From: Mizuhopecten yessoensis
Lineage: Eukaryota
Direction of reading: 5' to 3'
Assembly (NCBI RefSeq): GCF_002113885.1
Contig: NW_018408021.1
Location: forward strand, 943,873-1,007,872
DNA: 64,000 bases
Position 1 is the first letter of the stretch, and every line of letters begins with the position of its first letter. The translations under genes were made by a program, and so were the position numbers. Below are positions 13,436 to 27,724 of this stretch, piece after piece. Below the pieces are notes generated by a model. That model saw only the letters and a list, made by a program, of their open reading frames with translations. It ran no database searches and was not told the DNA's origin.

Positions 13436-14708
13436 GTGTGACCTTAATTACTACAGAGTATTTTGTATCAATGAAAGTATTGCATGGATTTACATATCTT
13501 AATTATTCCAATTTGATATTAATTTTATTTATTATTTATTGTTTTGATAATCCATTGTTAATGATGCTATAGATTTATTTTTATGAAATGTAATAAAATC
13601 AAATAATGTCACATGTACATGTTTTGTTTAATTTTAAGTCACCCCTGGGGGAACCCCAGCGGGGACCATTAATTTTGGTTTCAGTCCCAGATTTTGACCT
13701 GTTAGGAGGGCTGTTGTGTATCTTGCTTCTGTCGGAATATACCAGACGCTATATATATAATTACAAGCTCTTGGATAACTCAGATATCGATTTCCTTTTT
13801 AAACAGGAACAGTATAAAAACTAAAGGCGTTCCAAATTCCCCACGGGAATTACATTTAACCTAAAGATGTTCCGAGTATGAATCAAACACCTTTGAGGTT
13901 CCCGAAGGGGTAAACTGTCATATTATAAATTGCGTTTGACCGATTTAGATAGCAATACAACTGCTAAATTTCGTTGAATAATCCCTGATTGCATTGCCAA
14001 TTTAACAATTACGAAAAGCTGCAAGTTAAAGTCATATAATACTATAGAATCGGATAAATAAACTCGAGTAAAGTAGGCTGAACTTTTCAGGACGTTACGT
14101 TGCGAATTGATAAATACCACGTATTGGGAAACATAACGAAGAATTACATCGGATTTATTACGCACGCCCATTACGCCCTCATGATGACCTGGACCCGCCC
14201 CTGCGTAGGAATGTATCAAAACGACACGGGTAAAGTGGCGAAGTTAGCGAGTTTGTGTAGCCCAGAGGGTCGAAGTTGCGTGATACTATTAACCGGCAGG
14301 AATTTACAAATGACATCCATGCGAATTGAACCGATAATGATAAAAGTGTTTGACTTTGAAAATTAAATATCAACGGGTTCAAAACAGCCAAATACATTCC
14401 GATCTTTTCTTTTCGAAGGAGAATTGCTGACAATTGTTTGGTGTTCTTCATGTCTTGCGAATTAGGCTGTTGGCGGTCCTCGTCGGAGTGACTGCCTTTA
14501 GTGTACAGTACACATTCTGCCGATATCGATGACCGATTCAGTCGGATTTGCAGACGATCAGAAAACTACTTGGAAAAGTGTATTTCATAGCAAAAAATAG
14601 AAACTTAATGTTGCCAGGTGACCGTGTCAGCGCGCAGATCTCCCCGTATTCGAGGTCGTCAACGCTATAACGTTATATTTGCGACATGCTTTCCTATTAA
14701 TTCCCTGT

Positions 14709-14722
14709 GTTGCCATGGCTAC
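14709..14722. promoter_or_regulatory. Candidate RFX X-box
   Basis: GTTGCCATGGCTAC, one mismatch from the palindromic GTTGCCATGGCAAC, next to a CpG-richer stretch. Confidence 0.3.
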
Positions 14723-15500
14723 CTGAACAGCATGTATGTTTTTACACCTGGTAATTGTTTACTATTTTGATTGACAGGTGGAAATATATCCGTTGTAGCT
14801 TGGTCAATGATTTATCGGAAAATGATCATACAGAATGAGGGGTGACTTTCATGTCATTCTGACATATTTCTAGTTTCTCTCGAGGGTGTATTTGAATTTG
14901 GAACGAAATGAAACATTACAATCAATGAATGTTTGAATATATCATGAAATGGTAGGACTATTAAGGGATTGGATAAATATTTGTTAAAAGGCCTTCACTC
15001 CATGATCAAACAACTTGATGATTTTGGAGGACACCTGGAATATTCTTTATGATGCATAGTGGATATCCAAATTAGTGAATACGATTAAATCAAGATGCGA
15101 ATATATTCTTAAAAGTGTCATACAAGCTTTTAAACTTCAGCTCTACTGGTGAGAGTCCTTAATGGGCTAAGTAGTCGTACATAACATGGTGGTTGGCTGG
15201 CCTGTACTAGTCGAAGCCGAGGCTGACCCTTCAGCGAGTCGCGTCAACTATGGTTTTACAGACACGATATAACAAACAAAGCTCAGAATGAGGGACTTTC
15301 TGGTCAAAGTTTCACTACAAATCTTGTGTTGTCTTCCAAATAATTCACAGATGCTAGAAACATTCTTAGAAGAAAACGACATTCATGTTCTGATGAAGTG
15401 GACTTCAATGACCTTGTAGAATCTGGAAGTTTGCTGTCGTTCTACTAACATCACATACTAGAGCCGATGGTACTGTAAGAACAACGGTATGTCTCAATAG

Positions 15501-15832
15501 CATCCTCGATACTCAAGTGGTTACCCTCACTTTCGTTTTCTGCAACCCTGGACTATGTCATTACAAATTGAAGGATTGCCTCATGTAAAAAAAAAAAAGA
15601 CTTGACCAATTTCTAGGCCGATACATTTCCTTTGAACATTACAGAGGTGCGACTCCCGACTTCAAAGACAGTCAATATTACCGTTACCCTGTTGCGAGAT
15701 TCTTTTGATGTACATCAAAACTTATCAAAGGATCAAACTTGTCTTCTTGTCTCGAGGCTTTCGATTTTGTCATGAAAAATTCTAGAGGTGCAGAAATCGT
15801 AACTGAGGGTGACCCCTGGAGTATCGAGGTTG
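15501..15832 (-). mobile_element. MITE family C (~330-350 bp, ~45-bp TIRs starting CATCCTCGATA)
   Basis: CATCCTCGATACTC...GAGTATCGAGGTTG; the internal part is the reverse complement of the 18189..18534 body. Confidence 0.75.
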
Positions 15833-16941
15833 CGTCAATAGATTTGATAATGGTTTTGGTGATCCTCACTTCCATGGCATTTTCTAAGTACACAGGATTA
15901 TGCCCTTTTAAATGACTGTATGGTAACAGTCTCCGACATCTCAATGTTGTATACAAACACATTTTTCTATGAACTCAAAAAGAAATCGGACTTAAAAATT
16001 CGAGGAAGTTGTACCGATTCCGAGATATTTAGTTATTTGGTTCCATTCCCGTTTGGACACTTTTCCTTATATTTTATGATTTTATGATACTTATGATTTC
16101 AAAATGCCAAGAAGGTAAAGTTTTGTCCTAAATGACACTCTGTCTGAATTTTGCGAATATATTTATAGCAGAAACAGTTAACATACGATCGTAAAATGAT
16201 TTCGCAAGGCATATGTGCAACATTTTACAGTCTTTGTGCCATTAAAATATTAACTTTCAGTGTTTGGGGCTCGTGATATCTATTCGCCAGACTGTTCTGT
16301 CAATAGCCTAATTACTTGGGATCTCGTTGCCGTGTTTAGTTTGCTCATTGCGGCAAGTCCTGTAAGTAAATATACAAATGTACACTTGTTTTCATATTAA
16401 ACAAAAACCTGATTCAAACTACTGTTTCGTCGTCCTCAATATCTCAGGGATTATGCTCACTTTCGTGAGCTTAGCCGACGGAGTGGATGCTGCTTCGTAT
16501 TCGTGTTGTAATATATTGACATAAAACAAGCAACGATGTATCCTCAAAGTGGAAATTTGTGAAAAAATCAACTGAACAACAGAGATTTGTGTTTTAATTA
16601 TGTCGTTTACTTCAGTAAGCACTGCTCTAGGCCATGATTCTCAATATTTCGAATTGCTTCAACAATAGAAGTATAAGCGATGCTCTCAGACTCAACAGTA
16701 GAAAGAAAACGCTTTGGTCCCTGAAGGGTTAATTACGTCTGCCATAAAGTCAGTTACCATTCCGACATTTCAGGCAAATTTTAAGTTTGTACATCCTCGA
16801 TATCCAGAGGTTACGCTCACTTACGCTCTCTGCACGTATTGAATATCTCAAAGCAAATTCGAAGGCTCAGTGGATGAGACGAGAAGGTTAGTTTGATCCT
16901 TTGATGAACATAAAACGAATCTCGCGGTCACATAACGGTAA

Positions 16942-18153
16942 GTAATAGATACATAATGTACACGAGTGATGTATCGGATATATCACACGAGTCCGTTAGG
17001 ACGAGTGTGATATATCCGATACGTCACGAGTGTCGATTATGTATCTGTTTTATCCAATGACCGCCGAGGTTTTTGTCACCCACGTGTCAAGGGGCGGAGC
17101 TATACAGCTGATCAGGATCTGTCAAGTAATCACTTTGATATTTTCCCGCCACTTTCTGACCCATCCCATTTCCTGCCACAGCATTTCAGTCTCAGGTGTT
17201 AATGATGGAGGGTCAGGCATGGCATGGCGTCCCTGGATTGTATATGATATTTACACAGAGTTGCCCACAGACTGTTGAATAGGGTCCATTTTACATGAGA
17301 CCCCTTGCCGGTAGGAAATTTGGAACACAGCCGATTGGAGTAAATAAACTGAATGCAATTGTGAAAAACATGTGTAAGGAAGCAAGATTCGAGGGGAAGT
17401 TTTTAAATCACTACGGAAAGAGAACATGCGCCACAACTCTTTACCAAGCCGGTAAGTCTGAAATTAAAGTGTGTCTAAACATAATTGTGAATCACGAAAA
17501 TATTAGCGTGTGTATATGTTTTTTCATAATCTGTAAAATGGAATACATGTTCTTTTTCGTATATGAAAATAACTTTCGATGTCCATAAATAACATAAATC
17601 CTAAATAATTCATTAACACGATATTTGAAGTTAAATTACAGACGCGTTATTTATTTTGTTTATATATTCTCCCATTTATGATTAGGTATTTACTTTTTCC
17701 GCAACGCATGTGTTTATATTTTTTTTTAAATACAATGTAGTGATGAAACAATTATTAATTTTTATGTTTTTTTTTTTTTAATTTGACTTGAATGTTATAC
17801 GCATTGACATTAACCTAAACCTTACACGATAAAAATGTCCATTTATTTTCTACTTTCATTGGGTTTTGATGAACAGTTGATTATGGAAAGGACTGGACAT
17901 CGCAGTACCGCTGTCCGTGCCTACAACAGACCGTCCGTGCCTACAACAGACCGTCCGAGGCGCAACAGGTGGAAATAAGCCGGGCATTAGAGTGTGGGAA
18001 AAGTGCGATCAAGAGTCGAGACCGAAACACAAGATAACAAAAAAAGTGTAACGTAGCGTTAAAAATATAATACCAACACATTATTGGTGCTTGATAGAGA
18101 AATGCTGTTTTTTCACTTACGGTGTCTAAATTAAATTAAATTCGTTTGCAATA
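16942..18153 (+). mobile_element. Crypton-like (tyrosine recombinase, DUF3504-type) transposon relic with a spliceosomal intron
   Basis: ~100-bp imperfect terminal palindrome at 16947..17046. Coding relic GPFYMRPL...PIGVNKL...NHYGKRTCATTLYQAG (17283..17451, donor GTAAGT), then GFDEQLIMERTGHRSTAVRAY (from ~17862). Acceptor is mutated and a 20-bp duplication causes a frameshift. Confidence 0.8.
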
Positions 18154-18188
18154 NCATTTCGACATTTCAGGCAAATTTTAAGTTTGTA

Positions 18189-18534
18189 CATCCTCGATAT
18201 CCAGAGGTCACGCTCACTTACGCTCTCTGCACGTATTGAAAATCTCAAAGCAAATCGAAGGCTCAGTGGATGAGACGAGAAGGTTAGTTTGATCCTTTGA
18301 TGAACATCAAACGAATCTCGCGGTCACATAACGGTAAAACTTATTGGCTTTGAATTCGGGCGTTGCTCCTCTGTTATCTTTAAACTTTAAAAGACAAGAC
18401 TCAGCCTAGTGACTGATCAGGTTTATTTTCCCTAACACCAATTAAAAAGTTAGCCGCGTGCCTTCGATTTTTCTAAGACATAGTCCAGGAGTGCAGAGAG
18501 CAAATGTGAGCGTAACCCCTGGATATCGAGGATG
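18189..18534 (+). mobile_element. MITE family C, intact copy
   Basis: TIRs CATCCTCGATATCCAGAGGTCACGCTCACTTACGCTCTCTGCAC / GTGCAGAGAGCAAATGTGAGCGTAACCCCTGGATATCGAGGATG. Confidence 0.8.
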
Positions 18535-20407
18535 ACGTAACTCCTGGATATCGAGGGTGGAGTTTGCATGAAGAGCCAGTTTTCAGGTCCGACTCTGTAT
18601 TTGTATGTATTGTATGGCAAGCCAACTTGTCCGACTCTGTATTTGTATGTATTGTATGGCAAGCCAACTTGTAAATTTCACATACTATTTATCATCAGGA
18701 ATGTGCCACCATATTGCCTTTGACCGTTGCATTGTACTGTTCTGCGGTATTGATATGACATCGGAGAAAGGCCGGGACGGTGATCCAAACTGTGAAGTGT
18801 CCTCGAAGAATCTCGGAAAAGACATCATGTGACCAAACCCTAATGTGGAAAGTATTATTGAAGGTGCATATAGCGATCATATAGTTTTTTGAGCTTTAAA
18901 TAGAAAGGAAAACCATAGATTAAATGGAAACATATTGAACTATCAGTTTGGCACAAAACCATTCTCAGGTTAAAGATTATAGTCCAAGCGACTTTATAAA
19001 GGATGAAAAAACTATCAATGAATCTCAAAATATAAACCTGATTATTACTTATTCATATACAAAATGTGTTTTTAATTCGTTCTTCTGAGACAAATTTGCT
19101 CACAATCACAATATATCATCACCCTTCAAAATTGGGCAGCCGGGCGGCCATGGAGATATCTTCGTGATAGAGTTGTACAAAATGTACATTTCTGCAACAC
19201 ATGCACTTAATATATGAGTGGACAAAGGTTGAACAGAATTTGTATTATCCGCTTTAATATATCATTTAATGAAAACGCCCTTTTCAGTCGTTCCAATGGT
19301 TTAATAGAGCAGCACCTCTCAACGGCATACCGGTTTACTGGGTGTTGACACACACACAAGGAACAATCCTTACATATTAAGACAGGTCTAAACATTTATA
19401 AGCACTGTAATTATCAGGCCCTCGCGTTGTGCATGAATGCACTGCACCTATCGATTACATGGAATTCGTCGTTGCTTTTAAATAATTTCAGAATATCTTG
19501 CATACCAGATATGATGTATCGAAATTTTCAATTTATTTCAGACTTTACAAAAAGGTATCATATCGTTCTGAAATGTAACCTTCGTTGCTGCGGTACTACT
19601 TGCTGCGGACTATGACCTGAGAGTAATTGTCTACTGTCTGTACAGGGGAACTAAAACAGCTATTTATATGGATATGTTAACTATAATTTATATATTAAAG
19701 GTGTCAATGACATGTTAAATGTAGAGCGATAACAAATTGATAGCACGTTTATGACGCTAGATAGTACGTTGTATACATGTATACCTGTTACGCCTATGCA
19801 ACTGAGTGTGGTAGCAAATCTATTTATAGCAAGTGTACATGTATATACACATACGCTATTGCTAGTACACTTGTATAGAGTAACATTGAAGAAAAATCTA
19901 CAAACAGTGAGCTGCTATTCAATTATGTATCCCTTCACAGTCGTTTTGATATAATATATTTGTTACTGGATATGTAAAGACATCTTTCTGGAACATTTAT
20001 TCTTATATATTGAGGTTTTAGGTACTAGGAGTGACCTAGTTGATCAGTATGGGTATATGAACAACATAAATCTTAACAATTCAGGTAACCAAATAGAAAA
20101 GCAAATGCTTTATTACAGCCATTACAGTAAAAAACACAATCTTATACTCCCCCAAAACCAAAATACCTTGTTGTCGGCTATATAGATAACGGTTTGATTG
20201 ATTACACGCCTTTACTGCAGATAATCGATAAATACCTAGGGATCTAGTTTACTCTAGCGCGTCTTGTTACAACCGTTCTATTAATTAACCTTTCCAGGTT
20301 TACATAGCTGAATCACTCACGTGCCTGTGGCCATATTGTGCAACCAGCATTGGCTTAATTTTACGTTGATTAAGTTCGGCAGAAGACAACGTTTAATCTT
20401 CTGTAGA

Positions 20408-23400
20408 ATGGGATCAACTACGTCTTTCCCCCGGGTGTCTATTCCAAAAGACAACATTTCTCTTGTTACCGGAGGAAATGCGGGTAAATATGAAGATCCT
20501 TGTTGGTATAATGGTAGTATATTTTATCGTTGTCATAATCACTAACACTTCAAAGATGCGTTAAATCACTGACTCACCTTGCCTAATCTAAGCCGACTGT
20601 CATTGACTGTATTAGAATTCAAATAATGCTTATTTAATAATAATAATAATCATGTTTCAAATATTTTCCAGTTTTCTTACATTAAACAAACTTAACCATA
20701 TCCAAGTTATCAATAAGATGCATTTTCCCCATTACATTTTCAGGGATAGGCTATCATACTGCTAAGTGGTTGGCCATGATGGGTGGTACTGTTATCATAG
20801 CATGTAGATCAGAGGAGAAAGCTAATCAGGTGAGTATAACGTTAGCACGTAGCTGTGATATTTTGCGGATATTTGTAACTGGATCCTTACAGTATACACT
20901 ATTGTCAGTGTATTAGGATATGAGGATGTGGCATTCGGAGTCAACCTTTTGTGAAATTTCACCCAAACATTCATTATGATGCTTTAAAATGTTTTGGTGT
21001 TGGAAAACATAGATGCATACATAATCATCCGGATATTGCGTGCAAGTCACAAGAACTTGACCCAAGATACAGCGTCCCGGATGTTAACAATGATACAACG
21101 TCCCGGATGTTAACAATGATACAACGTCCCGGATGTTAACAATGATACAGTCTTCTCAGACGCTAACAATGATACAACGTTCTCAGATGTTAACACTGAT
21201 ACAACGTTCTCAGGCGTTAACACTGATACAACGTTCTCATTCATTAACAATGATACAGCGTTCTCAGACATTTACAGCGATGCAGAGATATCAGATGTTA
21301 ACAATGATACAGCGTTCTCCGTCGTTAACAATGATACAACGTTCTCAGACGTTAACAATGATACAGCGTTCTCAGACGTTAACAATGATACAGCGTTCTC
21401 AGACGTTAACAGTGATACAACGTTCTCAGACGTTAACAATGATACAGCGTTCTCAGACGTTAACAATGATACAACGTTCTCATACGTTAACAATGGTACA
21501 GCGTTCTCAGACGTTAACAATGATACAGCGTTCTCAGACGTTAACAATGGTACAGCGTTCTCCATCGTTAACAATGATACAGCGTTCTCCATCGTTAACA
21601 ATGATACAGTCTTCTCAGACGCTAACAATGATACAGCGTTCTCAGACGTTAACAGTGATACAACGTTCTCAGACGTTAACAATGATACAGCGTTCTCAGA
21701 CGTTAACAATGATACAGCGTTCTCAGACGTTAACAATGATACAGCGTTCTTAGACGTTAACAATCTATTAGACGTTAACACTGTTACAGCGTTCTCAGAC
21801 GTAAACAATGATACAACGTTCTCAGAAATTAACAATGATACAGCGTTCTCAGACGTATACAATGATACAACGTTCTCAGACGTATACAATGATACAACGT
21901 TCTCAGACGTTAACAATGATACAGCGTTCTCAGACGTATACAATGATACAACGTTCTCAGACGTTAACAATGATACAGTCTTCTCAGACGTTAACAATGA
22001 TACAGTCTTCTCAGACGTTAACACTGTTACAGCGTTCTCAGACGCTAACAATGACATAACGTTCTCAGACGTAAACAATGCAACAGCGTTTTTAGTCGTT
22101 AACAATGATACAGCGTTCTAAAACGTTAAAAATGATACAAGTACAGCGTTCTAAAACGTTACAATGTCGCTAACAATGATACAGTCATCTCAGACGCTTA
22201 CAATGATACAGCGTTCTCAGACGTTAATGAAGATACAACGTTCTCAGTCGTTAACGAAGATACAACGTTCTCAGACGTGAACGAAGATACAACGTTCTCA
22301 GACGTTAACAATGTTACAGCGTTCTCAGACGTTAACAATTATGCAACGTCATCATACGTTAACAAAGATACAACGTTCTCAGATTTTAACAATGGCACAG
22401 CGTTCTTATACATTTACAATGCCACAGCGTTGTCAGACGTTAACGACGATACAGCGTTCTCAGACGTTAACAAAGATACAGCGTTCTGAGACGTCAACAA
22501 AGATACAGCGTTCTAAAATGTTATTAAGAGTATCGCATTGTTTTCGAAGATCTGAGATTTCAATCATATTGATCAGACAATTTTGAATGTTATAAGCTTT
22601 GTTTTTTGCTGGCAACGCATTGAAACTGTGTCAAAGGTAAACACGATATCTTCCCTTGTTCATTTTGCTCTTTGTGTTTATATTTGTTTTATTTATATTC
22701 CTTTATGACATCTTTTGATTCAATGTTGGACACTATTTCTTAATCAAGAAAACGACAGCACCATTTGTTTGATATTCTCTTAACATTATTTCAAACTAGT
22801 CAGTAATGTTTGGAATAAGATTCATCAGTTTGCTTTGAAAAATAAAGACTAAGTTTGTTTTAGTCTTTAATCAAAAATGCTTTAATGTACTACTGCTTCA
22901 TCTATCATTGCGAAAAAATCACTTTAAGATCTGCTTTCTGAACCTATATAAAAACATACAGCAGCATAAAATTCGTTTCTTGTTAAGAGTTACTCCCCTT
23001 TGCAAGGAATATTACAATTCTCCGATGTTGTTGTTGTTATTGTGCGTGTGTGTGTGTTTTCGTTTTCCTTTAAATTGCTAAACTAAGAATAGTTGTAATT
23101 CCCTGAAAATACATTGAAAGATCGGGTTTATCTAGAATAAATCCGAAAACAGACAAATAGTTATTAATGGTCAAAATAGTTGCAATATTTTAGCTATATT
23201 TGGAGTTTAGCTCCTTTAAATCCTGTGCTACTATATAACTGCGCTGACGGAGGTTCCTATCTATTCTATTTTGTTATAGTGCGTTAATTCTTATTTTTTT
23301 TTAATGATAAGCTTAAATGTGAATCCACGAAAATAAGTACACTAACAGTGTATTAACCCAATCTTTACCTAAATTGTTAATATTGTATCAACTTGTACAA

Positions 23401-26400
23401 CGTAGTGAAATGAAATATTTTGACATATGGGCGGATTGGTCGTGTGGTTAACACTCCGGCCTTCCACGCAGGCAGCCGGGTTCTATTCCCCGAAGTTGTC
23501 GTACAGATGGAATATTCAGAGGAAGTTATTTTCGCCTGCCCTCACAACTCCAACTACCCAGGTGGAGATTAAACTGGTCTGGGGCGGATGTTCATGTGAG
23601 GTGGCACTATAAATGATGCCGTTGGAAGCACGGTACCACTACAAACAGAACCCACGCAGGCATACAGACATAGGGAGCTATTAGCCAGGTGGCATAGGAC
23701 TAGAAGTTAGCGCCTTATATGGCAGCTCAGGACTGCGAATTCCTCAAAAAATGAATTGATTAATGTAGATGCTAATTGTATTAATTGTATATCTATGTAC
23801 TGTAACGCGCGTTAGAGTGGCTTATGCTAGCTAGATAGGGCACTATATCAAATGTTGTATATATAATTTTTTAATTTATTTGTACCTTGTATACTTATAA
23901 TTAAACGAACAGTGTTCATCGAGGTATTAATTCATTTGATAATAATTAAGGTTACGCATCTTAAATTAACTTGTCTTAAATTAACATATGTAATTGGCTG
24001 ATTATGTGCTGGCTTTTATATAACATGTCTGACATAGATGATCAAATACTAATACATTTTATTAGTCAAATACGAGCTGTTGTTACCTTATTTTTGTTCT
24101 TACAAATTACGTGACATCATGATAGCCACTACGTTGCAATTCAGCATTAGATGTCACTTTATTGATGACTATCTGTTCATAGAAGCTCTTTTCTTTGTAA
24201 AGATTAACGCATTGAACAGCAGGTTCTGGGCTTTTGTGATGATAAACAGCAACATTTCACTCGTAGCTTGTTTTTTGTTGTCGTATATTTTGTAAATTGC
24301 GATTCTCACTCGTGAAAAAAATATCAGAATATTCTCACGTGAAATATTACTTTATTCATAAAACAACAATATCCATTGAAGCAATGCTATTATATGATAT
24401 ATGATGAAATAGAAGTGTAACTGATTGCCTTTTTGTTTTGGTAAAGGCCATACAACAAATGAACAAAGAGTTCACAGAAGAAAAACAAAAGCAAACCGTC
24501 GGGGTAGTTGACTATGAGCAACTGAATGTTGAGTTCATGTCGTTGAACCTTAACTCATTAAAGTCAGTCATGAATTTTGTTGAGACGTACAAGGCGTCCG
24601 GGAGAAAGCTACACAAGTTGTACTGTAATGCCGGAATTGGTTTACAAGACAAAGTATGTAAGTACGCTTAATTGTTATGATAATCTTTACTTCGAGGCTT
24701 TGTCCTCCAACCACAGGTGCTTGGGTTCTGGAATATATGTGATATATTTAGGTATCGTACCTCACTATAATAATACATTATTGGGTTCTAGAATACATAT
24801 AATATTATCTGTTTAAGTAACGCACCCAACTGGATATGGCATCCCCAGTATACTTTATGATTTGTTAGTGTAGTGGGGTGCGGTATTCAGTGGGGTGTGT
24901 TATACGTTAACAGATAACGTTTAGTAGTGTGTATATATATATACATGAAAGACAAGAGTTTCATCGACTTCCCTAGCGCTTTCTCCTCTTTAGAGGTTCA
25001 TCGGAGGAATGGTTCATTCACGCTTATATATATATATGTATACATATAAGTGCATAAGTGTTTGATTACATGCTTAATAACTTAAATTGAAATCACAGCA
25101 CTGTCTTTCAAAATTATTATTGAATAACTCAAACTATGTTGGATGTGCCATTATAAAACTGCCTATTATTAAAATTTTGTTTCAGCATACACAGAAGATG
25201 GTCACGAACAGATATTCCAGGTAATCAGGCATGTCTGTTAAATTTCATAACAAAAAAACAAAAAACAAAAAGTCCCTCATAATGTCATTATGCATTTTTT
25301 TCTTCCGGACCAATTTGATATATGTAGTTCAATTATCTAGCTTATCGTGGTTTTCTGTATATTGTATACAAAAGGAGACTTAAACATTACAATTTTCTTT
25401 TATTCAGGTGAATTATTTGAGTCATTTCTTAATGGTATCTCATCTACTTCCGGTGATGAAATCTTCAGGTCCTGACTGCAGAATAGTTCTATTATCTAGC
25501 CTTGCCCATCGATCGGCTCACTTTGATGCTGCAGACATTGAAGGCAAGAAGTATTCTGAACCAAAATACGATTCAACGGAAATATACGGCAGATCAAAAG
25601 TGTATATGGTAACTTTTAACAATTTCCGATTCATGATACATGTTGGTTTAAGTTTTAAGTAAGCTGCAACACGGGATAGAGAACCATAATAACATTAGTA
25701 TTTTGACTAAATCTTTTCGTCGTTACTCAAATTTGTATGAACATTCACAGCAAAGATATAACTATCTTTAATATTAAGATTCATAATGAGAAACAAGTCC
25801 AATTTTATACGACTGTGCTTAATGCTGTTTTTTTTTTAGTTTACACACTTTGCGAATTCCACATTCATGGAACATTTTTGCAAGTATTAATATTTTCACA
25901 AATATGTTTCAAACGACATATTTATGGGGATATGAATGAGTTTTTATGATTAAGGCCTCCCATTCAAAAGAATTTTTAAACAATCATTATATTTTCCCGA
26001 AAGTTATATACCTGTGCCTATACATTCTCGTTAACATTGTCTCACACATACATCTTTGCATAATAATATTGATGAAAAAGTCAAAACATTAAACGAAATA
26101 TTCATTTGAAAGATCAACTAGAAGTTTTGAATGTTTATGGACAAAAAGGCTCAAACCATACATAGTCCATTACAAATGGTTTAATTCGCGAAAACGATAA
26201 CGCAAAAGAACGTATCTTGCAATGTCACGATGCTGTAAAGCTCTGATTTGGGGCACCCTCGATACTCCAGGGGTTGCGCTCACTTACGCTCCGCACACCT
26301 TGAATTCGTCATTCGATACAAGAAGACTTGTCTGGTCCTTTTATGAACATCAAAAGCATCCCGCGACAGCGTTACCGGAATTTTGACTGGCTTTGACATC

Positions 26401-27724
26401 TGGAGTCTTGAAAGGACAGGTATCAGCCGAGCGATTGGTCAGTTTCTTTTACCCGAGACCAATGAAATAACTAACTTTGTGCCTTCAATTTAGTCATGAC
26501 ATACTCGAGGGGAACAGAGAGTGTAACTGAGCGTAACACATTGAAATTCGAGCATGGATGTTTCGATTCAAAACAATTACTATGACAAGATGCTATATTT
26601 TTTTGTTCAGATTATGCAGATGTTCAGTTTGAATGAAATCCTCAAGGACACTAATGTGACTGTACTATCGTTACATCCGGGCATCGTGAGAACTGTTCTG
26701 CTGTCTTCCTTCGGAAGAGGAATAGTGAAACCATTCTTAGCACTTGCAAATGCCTTTGGTAAGAATGTGATTGTTCTTACTATTAAAAATGATTTTATCG
26801 ATAAGAATAGATTCGTTTACAAAGCTAAATTAAATAAGCACCAATCAGAACAGTACAAGGGAGATAATTCAACAGGCGAACTACACATAAATGATTCACG
26901 ATAAAACTAATTAAAATTCATATCTTAAAATTATAAAAAAAATACTGTAATTAAGACATTATTCACTGATCTCGGTAACAAACTAATTCTAGTCATGTTG
27001 AGTATGTATGTATGTTAAATGTGGAAAGAATGCCAGTTAAAACAACAGTCGTCAGAACATAGATGCACATGCAGATAGGTGCACATGTTACCTTTCTATA
27101 CAACCTGTTTGCTTCTTTGAGTTTACTTTCAGTTTTCTGAGGAATAATGGAATACGTTTTTGAAAAGAAAATTGTGATCAATCATTTACGTCCTACACTA
27201 AAACATCTGTTGTCTATTTGTTTTCTATTTTCTGTTGTGAACTAACACGGAAGTGTTCTTTCCCTACAGTTTGTTATATACACCATGTTTTCTCTTCATT
27301 TAATTAACAAAGGTGCGACTAAGAGCCCGTTTGAAGGGGCATGGACTTCGCTCAATGCGGGCGTTAACCCAGAACTAGTTGGTGTACGAGACGTATACTT
27401 TTCTGATTCTAAGCCAAAATCCTCCACAGCAGCTTCTAAGTAAGAGTTTCCTTTTACAATTTCATATAACATTATAATTGCTAATTTATACATGTATCAT
27501 TCTTTTTCTTTCTTTTCTTCTTTTTGTTTCAGAAATGATACAAATCTTAAGTATTAAAGACAAATATATATATCAATGATAATATACCATCTCTACTAGT
27601 GTGTACTAATAAGATGTTTTATTCTGCTTCCAGGAACAAGTCCTACCAGGAAGCACTCTGGGCTTACTCCATTGAGTGTCTCAAAGATTACCTCCCAGAA
27701 AATATCCTTAGAGAACTACAATAG
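20408..27724 (+). CDS. Short-chain dehydrogenase/reductase, retinol dehydrogenase 12/13/14-like (classical SDR)
   Basis: Eight phase-consistent exons: 20408..20483, 20744..20829, 24447..24657, 25186..25220, 25408..25608, 26611..26758, 27313..27439, 27634..27724 (TAG). Motifs: LVTGGNAGIG (TGxxxGxG), IIACRS, CNAGI, TEDGHEQIFQVNYLSHF, RIVLLSS, YGRSK (YxxxK), SLHPGIVRT, EGAWTS, QEALWAYS. Confidence 0.93.
21065..22515. repeat. 27-bp minisatellite (AACAATGATACAGCGTTCTCAGACGTT)n in SDR intron 2
   Basis: Roughly 50 direct units; explains the repetitive ORFs on both strands. Confidence 0.93.
23429..23870 (+). mobile_element. tRNA-derived SINE with Meta-like motif and L2-like tail
   Basis: A box TGGTCGTGTGG, B-box-like GGTTCTATTCC, GTGAGGTGGCACTATAAA shared with the SINE at 44360, and tail GCGTTAGAG...GGGCACTATATCAAAT. 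Confidence 0.6.
26254..26556 (+). mobile_element. MITE family C copy in SDR intron
   Basis: Degenerate TIRs and body matching 18189..18534. Confidence 0.7.

Noticed and set aside
15140-15480. Possible Penelope-like relic and degenerate hammerhead cores (CTGGTGAG near 15146, CTGATGA near 15390)
   Set aside because: No GAAA core or stems in the right places; peptide similarity too weak to call
18699-18832. GC-richer segment after an AG that could be a terminal exon
   Set aside because: No recognisable motif and no partner exon found
21133-22586. 206-aa and 277-aa repetitive ORFs
   Set aside because: Translations of a 27-bp minisatellite inside SDR intron 2; the flanking SDR exons join in frame without them
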